Assembly (NCBI GenBank): GCA_965243425.1
Contig: OZ251550.1
Span: 446,579 to 510,578, forward strand
DNA: 64,000 nucleotides
DNA from: Nitrospirales bacterium
GTDB lineage: Bacteria > Nitrospirota > Nitrospiria > Nitrospirales > UBA8639
Direction: 5' to 3'
The notes beneath the pieces were generated by a model that saw nothing but the letters and a program-made list of their open reading frames with translations, searched no databases and had not been told where the DNA came from. Positions 46,709-55,654 of the stretch are shown here, piece after piece (position 1 is the stretch's first letter; every line of letters starts with the position of its first letter). Both the position numbers and the translations under genes were made by a program.

Positions 46709-47209
46709 ATGGAAATCGGAAGGCGAACCGTGTTGAAAATCGGAGTCGTGGCGGGAGTGGGCATGATGGTGAATCCCCTGGGCCTCCTGTCTGCCGGGGC
46801 CAGGGAAGAGACGGAATGGGGGAAGATCGTGAAAACGAATGAAGAGTGGAAAGCGATTTTGACGCCGGAACAATATCGCGTGCTTCGGGAAGAAGGGACC
46901 GAGCCGCCCTTCCACAATGCGTATCATCAACACAAGGCGGCGGGCACATATCATTGTGCGGGGTGTGATTTGGCGCTGTTTTCGTCCGAAGCCAAGTATG
47001 ACAGCAAGACGGGGTGGCCGAGTTTTTACGAGCCGCTCTCACCTACCGTGATCGGCCGGAAAACGGATTGGCATTTGTTTTATCCCCGAACCGAGGTTCA
47101 TTGTGTACGGTGCGGCGGACATCAGGGCCACGTGTTTAATGACGGGCCGCCACCGACCGGCCTGCGGTATTGTATCAATTCCGCGGCGCTTGAATTTCGG
47201 CCGGCGTAG
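46709..47209 (+). CDS. msrB: Peptide-methionine (R)-S-oxide reductase MsrB with Tat-like signal
   Basis: N-terminal RRTVLKIGVVAGVG, then a SelR domain (YHCAGCDLALF, KTGWPSF, VHCVRCGGHQGHVFNDGP, RYCINSAAL). Confidence 0.9.
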   Translation: MEIGRRTVLKIGVVAGVGMMVNPLGLLSAGAREETEWGKIVKTNEEWKAILTPEQYRVLREEGTEPPFHNAYHQHKAAGTYHCAGCDLALFSSEAKYDSKTGWPSFYEPLSPTVIGRKTDWHLFYPRTEVHCVRCGGHQGHVFNDGPPPTGLRYCINSAALEFRPA

Positions 47210-47261
47210 CCCGTGGCGGGAAGAACGTGGGGGTTGAAAAGAGCAATGCCCGTTGGCATGG

Positions 47262-47400
47262 TGGGACGCTGGGGGAGGAGAGGGGAGAATAGGGGAGAAG
47301 AGGGGAAAAGCAGATTCTTCGCTTCGCTCAGAATGACAGTGGGGGGGGGGCAGAATAACAATGGGAGTCAGGATGGCTAGGGGAGAAGCAGGATCGCTAT
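47262..47400. repeat. Purine-rich tract flanking a GATTCTTCGCTTCGCTCAGAATGAC element (47312-47337)
   Basis: Read directly: GGGGAGGAGAGGGGAGAATAGGGGAGAAGAGGGGAAAAGC + element + AGTGGGGGGGGGGCAGAATAACAATGGGAGTCAGGATGG. Confidence 0.8.
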
Positions 47401-47476
47401 CGAAAAAGCAGGATGAGGCTCCGGCGAAGGAGCGTGAAGCCCTGGCTGAAGGGAAGGTCTTGCGCTAAGGGAGGGC

Positions 47477-47665
47477 TTACGCTTTTTGAATGCGGCCCGA
47501 CCGGAGACAACGGGTACAGATCCGAAGGCGTTGAGCCACGCCGTTCACCAACGCCCGAATGGTTTGCAGGTTGGGGCGAAACACCCGCTTGGTTTTATTA
47601 TTCGCATGACTGACGTTATGGCCGGTCATGCGTTTTTTTCCACAAATCGAACACGCGAACGCCAT
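47477..47665 (-). CDS. rpmB: 50S ribosomal protein L28
   Basis: [34 protein letters not shown]...; 62 aa, the canonical L28 pattern. Confidence 0.92.
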   Translation of the reverse strand: MAFACSICGKKRMTGHNVSHANNKTKRVFRPNLQTIRALVNGVAQRLRICTRCLRSGRIQKA

Positions 47666-47727
47666 GGTGAGTCCATCCTTTCACTCAAAAGCCGCTGATA
47701 GGACCTTTGCCGTCTACGACCGACCGC

Positions 47728-47815
47728 TGAGATTCTTCGCTTTGCTCAGAATGACAGCTTGGCTCAAAATGACAGCTTTGATCGGAATGACATTGTCGTT
47801 CAGAACGTGTTCTGA
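47728..47815. repeat. GAGATTCTTCGCTTTGCTCAGAATGAC element followed by an 18-nt-period array of its GAATGAC half-site
   Basis: CAGAATGACAGCTTGGCT, CAAAATGACAGCTTTGAT and CGGAATGACATTGTCGTT are followed by the palindrome CAGAACGTGTTCTG. Confidence 0.8.
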
Positions 47816-48554
47816 ACTTGCCGAAAAATGACGGTCTTGCAAAGGTCGCTGATATGGACGCCTTTGTTACCATACCCGTCATTCATCTGACAAGCCTTTC
47901 CGTGGATTTTCCCCGTTTCGGCAGAACATGCTGATCCTTCTGGAAATCCGTTGCCACACTTTGTAGTATTCCCCCGTGGCAAGCCCCTCTCCGACAGACG
48001 CGCACAACTCTGATGAATACGTCCCGGGCCATGACCCGGGATTACAGGAGTTGGTCAACCGATTGGGTGGTCCCGTTCAGGTTGCCTATCGGAACGAGGA
48101 CTATTCTGCCTCAACCATCAAACGGCTTCACTCGTTTCTTTCCACCCACGTCGTCAACGTCTTGGGGAAACACGTGTTCCCGCGGCAAGTCGAAGCGGAG
48201 TTACTCGTTCTGTGCTCCTTGTTTCAAGACCACGAGCAAGAAGGAGGCTCCCTGCGAGGCCCTGCGAGGCTCAGGGGAACCCTTCGAGGCTCAGGGCAGG
48301 CCTCAGGGCAAGCGCAGATCAGGAACCGATTAGCCACGGCGAAAGAAATCCTGGACCGTTTGTCGGCCATGACCCTTCGCCCTCACCCTGACCCTCTCCC
48401 GAGGGGACAGGGAAGGGTGGAAGGGGAGCCTGGACCATTCGAGTCCGCACCCGATTCAGAACCGGGTCATGCTCACCGTGAGACGATCAATCCGGAACGG
48501 GTCAAAGAGACAACCAGGCACGCCCCTCCGTCCCGCTCCCACCAAAGTGGAGGG

Positions 48555-50870
48555 ATGAAGGGGGAACTCCCCCACGAGATCGACATCCGGTTTGCGAAAG
48601 GGGTAGGCCCCAAGCGGGCCGCGTTATTGGAAAAACTGGGGATTCGCACGATTGAAGACGCGTTGTGGTTTTTACCTTGGCGGTATGAAGATCGGTCTCA
48701 CATCGTGCCCATCGGCAAACTGGTCCCCGACGAAAAAGCCACCATTGCCGGCACCATCCACCAAGCCCGGCTCCAGCGGACGCGGCGGCGGTCCATGACC
48801 CTGCTGACCATGTCGGTTCGTGATGACACGGGTGCCGTGGACGTGGTGTTTTTCAATCAACCGTACCTCGAAAGCGTACTCAAAAGCGGATTGCGCGTCG
48901 TGCTGAGCGGTCCGGTCGCGGCGCACCCTCGCCACGTAAACGGGGTCCAGATGAAAAGCCCTCATTATGAATTGGTCGGCGAGGATGAAGACTTGCTCCT
49001 CCACGTGGGCCGCATCGTGCCGATCTATCATGAAACGCGGGGGCTGAGTTCCCGCCAGCTTCGCTGGATCATGCAGGCTCTTCTGGAAGCGTATGACGCC
49101 CACTTACCGGATCCGCTCCCCGCGAGTCTCCTTGAGCGACATCATTGGCCCTCGTTCCACGCGGCGATTGCAGGGAGTCATTTTCCGAGCCATACCGAGG
49201 ACGTCACCCTGCTCAACAGCGGACAGACCGCGGCCCGCCGGCGTTTAGCCTTCGAAGAGTGTTTCCTGCTTCAACTTGCCTTGGCCGTCCGACAACGCAA
49301 TCATCAAGCGGTCCCGGGCATTGCCTTTCGTCTGACAAGAACGTTGACCGCCAAGCTGTACGATCATTTGCCGTTTCGGTTGACCGACGCGCAACAACGC
49401 GTGATTGCCGAGATCGAACGAGACATGAGCACGCCCGAACCCATGAATCGGCTCATTCAAGGAGACGTGGGATCGGGGAAAACCGTCGTCGCCCTTCATG
49501 CCACGTTGGTGGCGTGCGGGGACGGATACCAGGCCGTTTTAATGGCTCCGACGGAAATTCTGGCCGAGCAGCATTTTTTGACCATTCAGGAGTACCTCGA
49601 ACCGCTTGACGTTTCCGTGGCCCTGCTGACGGGAGGGACGTCACACAAGGAGCGGGCACGGGTCTTGGAATCCGTCGCGCACGGGGACATCCGGGTCGTC
49701 GTGGGAACGCACGCGCTGTTGGAGCAGAACGTCCAATTTCATCGGTTAGGCTTAGTCGTCGTGGATGAACAACACAAATTCGGCGTGTTGCAGCGCGGGA
49801 AACTGCGAAAAAAAGGGCAGCAGCCGGACGTCCTGGTCATGACGGCCACTCCGATCCCCCGTACCTTGGCCATGACGGTCTACGGAGACCTCAACGTGTC
49901 CGTCATTGATGGATTACCGCCGGGCCGGACTCCCATTCAGACTCGGGTCTTTCGCCATCAGGCGCGTCACCGGGCCTATGAGCTGGTGCGGAAAGAAGTC
50001 AACAAGGGGCGGCAGGCCTACATCGTCTATCCACTGGTGGAGGAATCGGAAAAACTCGATCTGGAAGCCGCGATCCTGGCCGCGGAACGCTTGCAGACGG
50101 AGGAATTTCCTACGTGGAAACTGGGGCTCCTCCACGGACGGATGAAGTCGAATGAGAAAGCCGCCATCATGCAAGCCTTCAAGGCGGGAGAGATTCACGT
50201 CCTTGTGGCGACCACGGTCATTGAAGTGGGGTTGGACGTCCCCAATGCCACGGTCATGGTGATTGAACACGCCGACCGGTTCGGGCTCGCCCAACTCCAC
50301 CAACTTCGCGGCAGAGTGGGCCGCGGCCGGCAACGGTCGTGTTGTCTCTTAATCAGTTCAGCGGGGAGAAAAACAAAGAACCACGACCTTCACGGCACGG
50401 AACCATCGGCATCCGGGAGAGAGACCCCCTCCCGTTTCGATCCTTCGCGGCCCTTCGCGGCCCTTCGCGGCTCAGGGCAACCCTTCGAGGCTCAGGGCAA
50501 GCCTCAGGACGGGATCAGGACGGGCTTGCGGTTCGAGAAGGGAACGGCGCCCCCGCCGGTGGCCAAGCCGACCCAAACCGGCGAGCAACGCCTGAAAGCC
50601 ATGGTGCAATGCTCTGATGGATTCGCGATTGCCGAACAGGATCTGAAAATCCGCGGGCCCGGCGACATGTTGGGGACTCGACAATGGGGAATACCCGAAT
50701 TTCGCGTGGCGGATCTGGTTCGGGACGCCGCGTTGCTGGAACGCGCTCGGGCAGACGCCCATGCCCTGGTGGAACAGGACCCCGAGTTGTCACACCCTGA
50801 CCATCAATTCCTCAAGGCCACCATGTTGCGGCGCTGGCAAACCAGATTGGAATTGAAATTCATCGGATAA
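48555..50870 (+). CDS. recG: ATP-dependent DNA helicase RecG (with in-frame repeat-derived insertion)
   Basis: GGAGGG then ATG at 48555 gives the usual N-terminus (GVGPKRAALLEKLGIRTIEDALWFLPWRYEDRS). Motifs GDVGSGKT, VDEQHKFG, MTATPIPRT and QLRGRVGRG are present. The ORF is open from 47976, but that part is repeat-derived. Confidence 0.9.
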   Translation: MKGELPHEIDIRFAKGVGPKRAALLEKLGIRTIEDALWFLPWRYEDRSHIVPIGKLVPDEKATIAGTIHQARLQRTRRRSMTLLTMSVRDDTGAVDVVFFNQPYLESVLKSGLRVVLSGPVAAHPRHVNGVQMKSPHYELVGEDEDLLLHVGRIVPIYHETRGLSSRQLRWIMQALLEAYDAHLPDPLPASLLERHHWPSFHAAIAGSHFPSHTEDVTLLNSGQTAARRRLAFEECFLLQLALAVRQRNHQAVPGIAFRLTRTLTAKLYDHLPFRLTDAQQRVIAEIERDMSTPEPMNRLIQGDVGSGKTVVALHATLVACGDGYQAVLMAPTEILAEQHFLTIQEYLEPLDVSVALLTGGTSHKERARVLESVAHGDIRVVVGTHALLEQNVQFHRLGLVVVDEQHKFGVLQRGKLRKKGQQPDVLVMTATPIPRTLAMTVYGDLNVSVIDGLPPGRTPIQTRVFRHQARHRAYELVRKEVNKGRQAYIVYPLVEESEKLDLEAAILAAERLQTEEFPTWKLGLLHGRMKSNEKAAIMQAFKAGEIHVLVATTVIEVGLDVPNATVMVIEHADRFGLAQLHQLRGRVGRGRQRSCCLLISSAGRKTKNHDLHGTEPSASGRETPSRFDPSRPFAALRGSGQPFEAQGKPQDGIRTGLRFEKGTAPPPVAKPTQTGEQRLKAMVQCSDGFAIAEQDLKIRGPGDMLGTRQWGIPEFRVADLVRDAALLERARADAHALVEQDPELSHPDHQFLKATMLRRWQTRLELKFIG

Positions 50871-50885
50871 ACCATGAGGCGCTTC

Positions 50886-51231
50886 GCCGTTCCCCCCGAT
50901 TAAAAATATCGGGAGCAAGCCCCCGATTAAACACTTCGAGCATTCGTAGCTGTGCGATCTTATCGCGCTTCCCGACATGAGGCGATGAGCCGGCCCCCGA
51001 TTAAAAATGTCGGGGACAAGCCCCGATTAAAAACTTCGAAGGCAAGCATTCCCGACAACCCCCTATCATTCCCGCCCCCCCTTGTCATTCCCGCCCCCCC
51101 TTGTCATTCCCGCCCCCCCTTGTCATTCCCGCCCCCCCTTGTCATTCCCGCCCCCCCTTGTCATTCCCGCCCCCCCTTGTCATTCCCGACACCCCCCTTG
51201 TCATTCCCGACGTTTTTAATCGGGAATCCAG
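50886..51231. repeat. Repeat cluster: CCCCGATTAAAAAT(N)TCGGGG hairpins plus a 20-bp tandem array of the GTCATTCCCG half-site capped by a full hairpin
   Basis: CTTGTCATTCCCGCCCCCCC occurs about 6 times in tandem (51063-51190). The array ends in GTCATTCCCGACGTTTTTAATCGGGAATCC. Confidence 0.9.
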
Positions 51232-51638
51232 CAATCGGGTCCCAGTGGCCGACGTTCCACCCGAAGGCCCGGTTCATCCTCTGTATTCGGGTCGCAAAAT
51301 TCTGCGCCTGGGAGAAGGCGTCGGTCACACCGGACGACTCAGACCGGAGACCACGTCGCGCGTGATTGAGACAAAAGCAGACCGAGTCGGGATACCCGGC
51401 TTGGAAGCGGGCCATGAAGAAGTCATTGCCGCGGGCACCCTCATTCTTCGCTGCACCATGGAAGAACTGAAGGTCCAACGCTGTCTCGTCAGTGAGTACG
51501 GATGACGAGAAGGCGTGCTGTGCATCTGAATCGTCTTTTGCACCACGGGACCTGAATTCTTTCATCTCTGAAGATTTGACAAGGTGGTCCTGCGCAACTA
51601 TCGTTCACGTGTGTCAACTCTACACGTGGAGGTTTCTG

Positions 51639-51851
51639 ATGGCGACGAATTTAGCCATTGATGACCGGTTGTTAAAGAAAGCCGTTCAGGTAGCCGGACT
51701 CCGCACGAAAAAAGAGACGGTGACGAAAGCCTTTGAGGAATTTATCCAACGGCGGCAGCAGCGTACCATCTTACGTGCGTTCGGGACGTTTGAGTTTCGC
51801 AAGGATTGGAATTACAAGGCTGATCGCCGCGGTCGTGAATCTCGTCGTTGA
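51639..51851 (+). CDS. vapB: VapB-type antitoxin
   Basis: MATNLAIDDRLLKKAVQVAGLRTKKETVTKAFEEFIQRRQQRTILRAFG; 70 aa, the typical ribbon-helix-helix-like VapB layout. Confidence 0.75.
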   Translation: MATNLAIDDRLLKKAVQVAGLRTKKETVTKAFEEFIQRRQQRTILRAFGTFEFRKDWNYKADRRGRESRR

Positions 51852-51921
51852 TACATCGGTGTGGTCGCTGATTCTCAGGCGGTCTCAGGTAGAAGAGGAA
51901 TCAAGGAAAGGGAAATCCTGA
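51835..51921 (+). pseudogene. Truncated vapC (PIN toxin) N-terminal stub
   Basis: A GTG overlapping the vapB end reads VNLVVDTSVWSLILRR, the PIN first-strand/Asp motif. It runs into unrelated residues and stops after 28 codons, 1 nt before the convergent methyltransferase gene ends. Confidence 0.6.
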
Positions 51922-51922
51922 C

Positions 51923-53407
51923 CTACCGCTGACTATACCAACGGAAGCCCTGGGATTCTTTATAGGCGGGGCGGGGCATGCCGCCGGGTTTTTCCAGGAT
52001 CAAGGCCTTGAAGTCCCACAAGCCGAACCACGCCGGGTCAAGGACGTGGTGATAATGCAGGCCGGTGAATCTAGCGAGCGTCTCCCCGAGCGTGCGTTGT
52101 AATTCCGATTCCGTATACGCCCGCACGGCAAACGTTTTTCCCGCTGCTTCCTGCAACCGTCGGATGGCGTACGCGGCACCGGTGCAAAGGACGTGCGTAT
52201 CCCGTCGAATCGAGAGCAGGTGGGGCAGCGCGCAATACTGTTCCCGAAATCCCAGCCATTGAGCCACGTGGCGCAGATGGGAAAACTGCACTTCATATTC
52301 AGTATGACCGGGAAGCCGGACGGGGTCCGGCCAGCCCGCGTCGATGCCGAACTCGATCAGTAACGCTCGCCCGCCGGGTCTGAGCACTCGCCACAGTTCC
52401 ATCAGAAAGTGCATTGCCCCGGAATTGACAATCGCGTCGTCCGGGTAGGGCGCGTCCAGATTCACACGAAGCCTGTGAATCAAATCCAGACAGTGCTGAT
52501 GCTCGGGCGTCTTGCCCACGCGCGCGTCCAATTCTTCCTTGGACAAGCGGGTGGGAGTCATATCCGCCAAGTTTTCATTGTCAATGACCAGGTCCACGGT
52601 GGCGTCGGCGAACGGGAGTCGCTCCGCGTTCGCGTGTACGGCACGCGCGTCCCAGCCGGCGCGAGCGGCTAACGTTAATTGTGAATGAAGAAAGGGACGG
52701 GTCAGATCCAGGAAGAAATACTCCACGCCGCGGCGTTCCAGCGGTGAGAATTCTTTGGCCATTTCCTGAGACAGATAGCCTAAGCCGGCGCCCACCTCAA
52801 CGAGACGCCGAGGTTTCGGGCTCCACCATCCCAACTGCCTGAAGGTTTTCGCCAACGCTTGACCATACGACGACCCGTTCAGCGCCTCACAGGGTTCTCG
52901 CAAGAGGTGGGAGACGGTCGTTTCGACGATCTCGAAATGGCCGTGATGGTGTTGAATCCCTTGATGATGAAACGCCGTGAGGTGGGTTTCACTTTCGACC
53001 GTCACGTTTTCATGCCAGTGTTCACGCACCTTTTGCAACAGCAGGTCCCATTTGGCGTTGACGTTGTGCCCGCTGGGCGGGTCCGTCCCGAAATAACACA
53101 ACGAATAGCGCGGCAAGGACCACCGTTCCAGAAACCACCGGCCGGTTTCCCGATTCGGACCGCAGATCCATTGACCGAATTGAGTGAGGAGCGCCTGGAT
53201 CGACAGCCGGCCGTCCATGGCCCCCAGGAGCGAGGCGCCCATTCGGTTCAGCCGGACCACGGGCAGATCTTCATCAAGAGGCGCCACCCACCATTCATCA
53301 GGCCCATGCTGGTAGACCACCAGGTCCGGCATCCGCCACGCGCGTTGTTGAAGAACGTCGCCCTCCAGGGCAAGCGGCTGAAGCGAGGCGACGCGGGAGG
53401 AGGTCAT
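51923..53407 (-). CDS. Class I SAM-dependent methyltransferase with about 190-aa N-terminal domain of unknown function
   Basis: Motif I LVEVGAGLGYL, an acidic motif II region (YFFLDL), and post-II ALLIEFG. 494 aa; the start abuts the stop of the upstream gene. Confidence 0.7.
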   Translation of the reverse strand: MTSSRVASLQPLALEGDVLQQRAWRMPDLVVYQHGPDEWWVAPLDEDLPVVRLNRMGASLLGAMDGRLSIQALLTQFGQWICGPNRETGRWFLERWSLPRYSLCYFGTDPPSGHNVNAKWDLLLQKVREHWHENVTVESETHLTAFHHQGIQHHHGHFEIVETTVSHLLREPCEALNGSSYGQALAKTFRQLGWWSPKPRRLVEVGAGLGYLSQEMAKEFSPLERRGVEYFFLDLTRPFLHSQLTLAARAGWDARAVHANAERLPFADATVDLVIDNENLADMTPTRLSKEELDARVGKTPEHQHCLDLIHRLRVNLDAPYPDDAIVNSGAMHFLMELWRVLRPGGRALLIEFGIDAGWPDPVRLPGHTEYEVQFSHLRHVAQWLGFREQYCALPHLLSIRRDTHVLCTGAAYAIRRLQEAAGKTFAVRAYTESELQRTLGETLARFTGLHYHHVLDPAWFGLWDFKALILEKPGGMPRPAYKESQGFRWYSQR

Positions 53408-54130
53408 TCAGTCAACGTCGGTGGGGTTGGCATCAAAGACCGCCCGATACAGACCGGCCCAGAACTCAAACCAGGCATCGGCGGTTTCGCGGGCACCGAG
53501 GACCACCTGATGAAAATCACGCTCTGATCGGATGGTCTTGCGAACGGCTTCGATCAACCAATCGCTATGATCTTGTTCTTCCGCCACGTGCGAGTCAAAA
53601 AACGCGACGTCCTGCCGATCAAACCGTTCATAGCGTTGCAGGCCCGCGGACAGACAGCGGAATTCTGAAACCGCGGTGGTTTCAACCGCCAACTCCGCTC
53701 CCAGAGCCGTCAAATATCCCGAGTGCAAAAAGAAGCGTCGCAACGTATCGAGGTAGGTCGTGACTTCCGGCAGAGGGATGGTCTCGTCCAAATCCCGACG
53801 GCTGAGTCCAACGGCGAAGGCAAACCGTTCAAGGTGCCGAATATGCACGCGGTCGGGCGAACCGCTGCCTAATTCAGAGTACAAGGTCTTGGCCAATTCG
53901 ACGCGCATGTCCACCTCGTGAATCGGCGTGTGATACAACAGCCCTTCAAGCACTTTGACGAAGTGGAAGCAGAAGTAATGGTATTGCCGGACAAAAACCC
54001 GAAGGCGTTGAGGAGAAAGCGTGCGAGCCTGAAACTTTCGGAAAAACTCGTTGGTATTCACCGCATGCCCTTGCAGTTCTTCCACAAGGGATTCGACGTT
54101 GGAGGGAGGCGCGTGAACAAGACCCATCAA
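53408..54130 (-). CDS. Haem-oxygenase-like (Haem_oxygenas_2 / TenA-PqqC-like) iron-containing redox enzyme
   Basis: 240-aa helical protein with candidate diiron ligand helices (YSELGSG..DRVHIRHL; GAELAVE; HVAEEQDH). The N-terminal FFRKF...L..FVRQYHYF is typical of the family. Confidence 0.6.
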   Translation of the reverse strand: MMGLVHAPPSNVESLVEELQGHAVNTNEFFRKFQARTLSPQRLRVFVRQYHYFCFHFVKVLEGLLYHTPIHEVDMRVELAKTLYSELGSGSPDRVHIRHLERFAFAVGLSRRDLDETIPLPEVTTYLDTLRRFFLHSGYLTALGAELAVETTAVSEFRCLSAGLQRYERFDRQDVAFFDSHVAEEQDHSDWLIEAVRKTIRSERDFHQVVLGARETADAWFEFWAGLYRAVFDANPTDVD

Positions 54131-54244
54131 ATCGCACCAGAATGGAAAGACGCCGTGGCCGAGACCAATAAAATCAGCCTACACGATGCGTCAAACGGGT
54201 CGCAAGCAAACTCCGGGGCCGCACCTCATGCGGCCCAAGTACGC

Positions 54245-54553
54245 CTACGTTCGTAATGGATCAATCACGGTGAGAAAAGGGAATCGGTGAAAATCGGGGT
54301 CGAAAACCAGCAATCAGGGCTCTTCCATCGCCAAATACAGCTCGGCACGATTCGACAAATCCACGAGTGCCCCGCCACCGCGCCAAGTAGAGAGCACGGG
54401 GCGGGCGGTCTCCCCGTTGGCTTCGGCAGAAGCATCGGCCAGAATGCGTCATAACCCCGCTTCCACGAGTTCGGACATAGTCGTTCGCCGTCGGGCCGCC
54501 TCTTCACGTAACCGTCGCATGACGTGGTCATCAATGTTGAAAGTCGTCTTAAT
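54245..54553 (-). pseudogene. Degraded vapBC module (antitoxin with in-frame TGA, PIN toxin reduced to C-terminal stub)
   Basis: My translation is KTTFNIDDHVMRRLREEAARRRTTMSELVEAGL*RILADASAE...VDLSNRAELYLAMEEP*. The in-frame TGA is at 54449-54451 and there is no canonical start. It is followed by LLVFDPDFHRFPFLTVIDPL, a PIN C-terminal motif. Confidence 0.55.
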
Positions 54554-54653
54554 ATGGAAAACCGTATTTCATATATGAAAAAGCGTCACACAGGACCTCT
54601 GTTCACCACCTTTGGCACAAGCGTGGCGAAACGACCATCGGCGTAACGCCTTA

Positions 54654-54902
54654 TCAGAGGAGGGGTTGACCATTGCTCCATAGCTCGTATTCACTAATAT
54701 CAATAGTATTGTTCCATACGACGGCATACCCGCCTTGCTCCACTTGAACGGATTTGAATAACGCGGGATTTCTCAAAGGCGCAAACATTTCCTTTCTCAG
54801 CAATGGCGTCACGTCATACTTTCTTTTCTGATCGTTATCAAACTCGACTAAAAGCGTATGATCGTCAATCGTTTCGACTGCCTGGATTTTGGGATACGGC
54901 AT
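54654..54902 (-). CDS. DUF2442 domain protein
   Basis: 82 aa: MPYPKIQAVETIDDHTLLVEFDNDQKRKYDV...GGYAVVWNNTIDISEYELW. It starts 2 nt after the DUF4160 gene stop. Confidence 0.7.
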   Translation of the reverse strand: MPYPKIQAVETIDDHTLLVEFDNDQKRKYDVTPLLRKEMFAPLRNPALFKSVQVEQGGYAVVWNNTIDISEYELWSNGQPLL

Positions 54903-54904
54903 GA

Positions 54905-55153
54905 TTACTCCAATGGCGGTAGTCTGCGGAATTCTTGAGAAACCCACATCTCGTTCAATTCGCTTTTATTCAGCGTTGCCCATTCAATAACAAGCTTCTT
55001 GGCTCTTTTCGGTAGATCACCTTCTATCATTTCCAAGGTATTGATATGAAACAACCCCACACATTCACCATAAACCGCATGGAAGTGTGGGGGTGGATGG
55101 TCTCCAAAGAATAGCTTGATAACAATTCCATAAAATCTTGCAATTTCAGGCAT
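54905..55153 (-). CDS. DUF4160 domain protein
   Basis: 82 aa: MPEIARFYGIVIKLFFGDHPPPHFHAVYGE. This is the hallmark DUF4160 N-terminus. Confidence 0.75.
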   Translation of the reverse strand: MPEIARFYGIVIKLFFGDHPPPHFHAVYGECVGLFHINTLEMIEGDLPKRAKKLVIEWATLNKSELNEMWVSQEFRRLPPLE

Positions 55154-55354
55154 ATCCTGTCCCAAGATATGTTTTATTTCGCATACAACGTAGCCCATAG
55201 AAATTCCTCCGTCAATCTTTGGACACTGGAGATGATGGGAGAGAACCCGCAATTCATGAAAAAGCCCAGGCATTCAGCCTCTACGGCTGCCGGATCGCAC
55301 TTGTTTTTCTGCTGCGGTTCAGATAAATCAAAACCACTGACGGAAGGAAACAAC

Positions 55355-55654
55355 GTGACGACGAAGACCAATCAATACCACCCAGATTACGCTGTTCCAC
55401 CAGGGTCAATCTTGAAGGAGTACCTTGAGGCACGCGGCCTTTCACGTGCCGAATTCGCCCGGCGGTGCGGCCGTTCCGCAAAACTCATCAGCGAGATCAT
55501 CGCGGGGAAGGCGCCGGTTACACCGGAAACCGCGCGGAAATTCGAGAAAGTCTCGGGAGTCGATGCAGACATCTGGCTCGGTATTGAAAAAGACTATCAG
55601 CTCTATCGCGCAAGAAAGAGCGAGGCGAAAAAGACAAAACAGGCGACGTCATGA
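55355..55654 (+). CDS. HigA-like XRE-family HTH protein (orphan)
   Basis: GTG at 55355 after GGAAGGA. PPGSILKEYLEARGLSRAEFARRCGRSAKLISEIIAGKAPVTPETARKFEKVSGVDADIWLGIEKDYQLY. No HigB-like ORF lies upstream. Confidence 0.75.
   Translation: MTTKTNQYHPDYAVPPGSILKEYLEARGLSRAEFARRCGRSAKLISEIIAGKAPVTPETARKFEKVSGVDADIWLGIEKDYQLYRARKSEAKKTKQATS

Noticed and set aside
47976-48554. Long N-terminal extension of RecG (964-aa ORF from 47976)
   Set aside because: This part is built from repeat copies (GSLRGPARLRGTLRGSGQASGQ, RPHPDPLPRGQGRVEGE). The conserved RecG N-terminus starts at the ATG at 48555, which has a GGAGGG Shine-Dalgarno. It is treated as a non-coding leader, though translation from an upstream start cannot be excluded.
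50356-50580. Intein in RecG
   Set aside because: The insert is only about 75 residues and low-complexity. It lacks the Cys/Ser...HN splice-junction blocks and is visibly made of the intergenic repeat family.
51161-51565. 134-aa ORF (-) upstream of vapB (…LDLQFFHGAAKNEGARGNDFFMARFQAGYPDSV…)
   Set aside because: The middle looks coding, but I cannot place it in any family. Its C-terminal third runs into the half-site repeat array, and a 134-aa ORF on the plus strand overlaps it. It may be a gene fragment and is not called.
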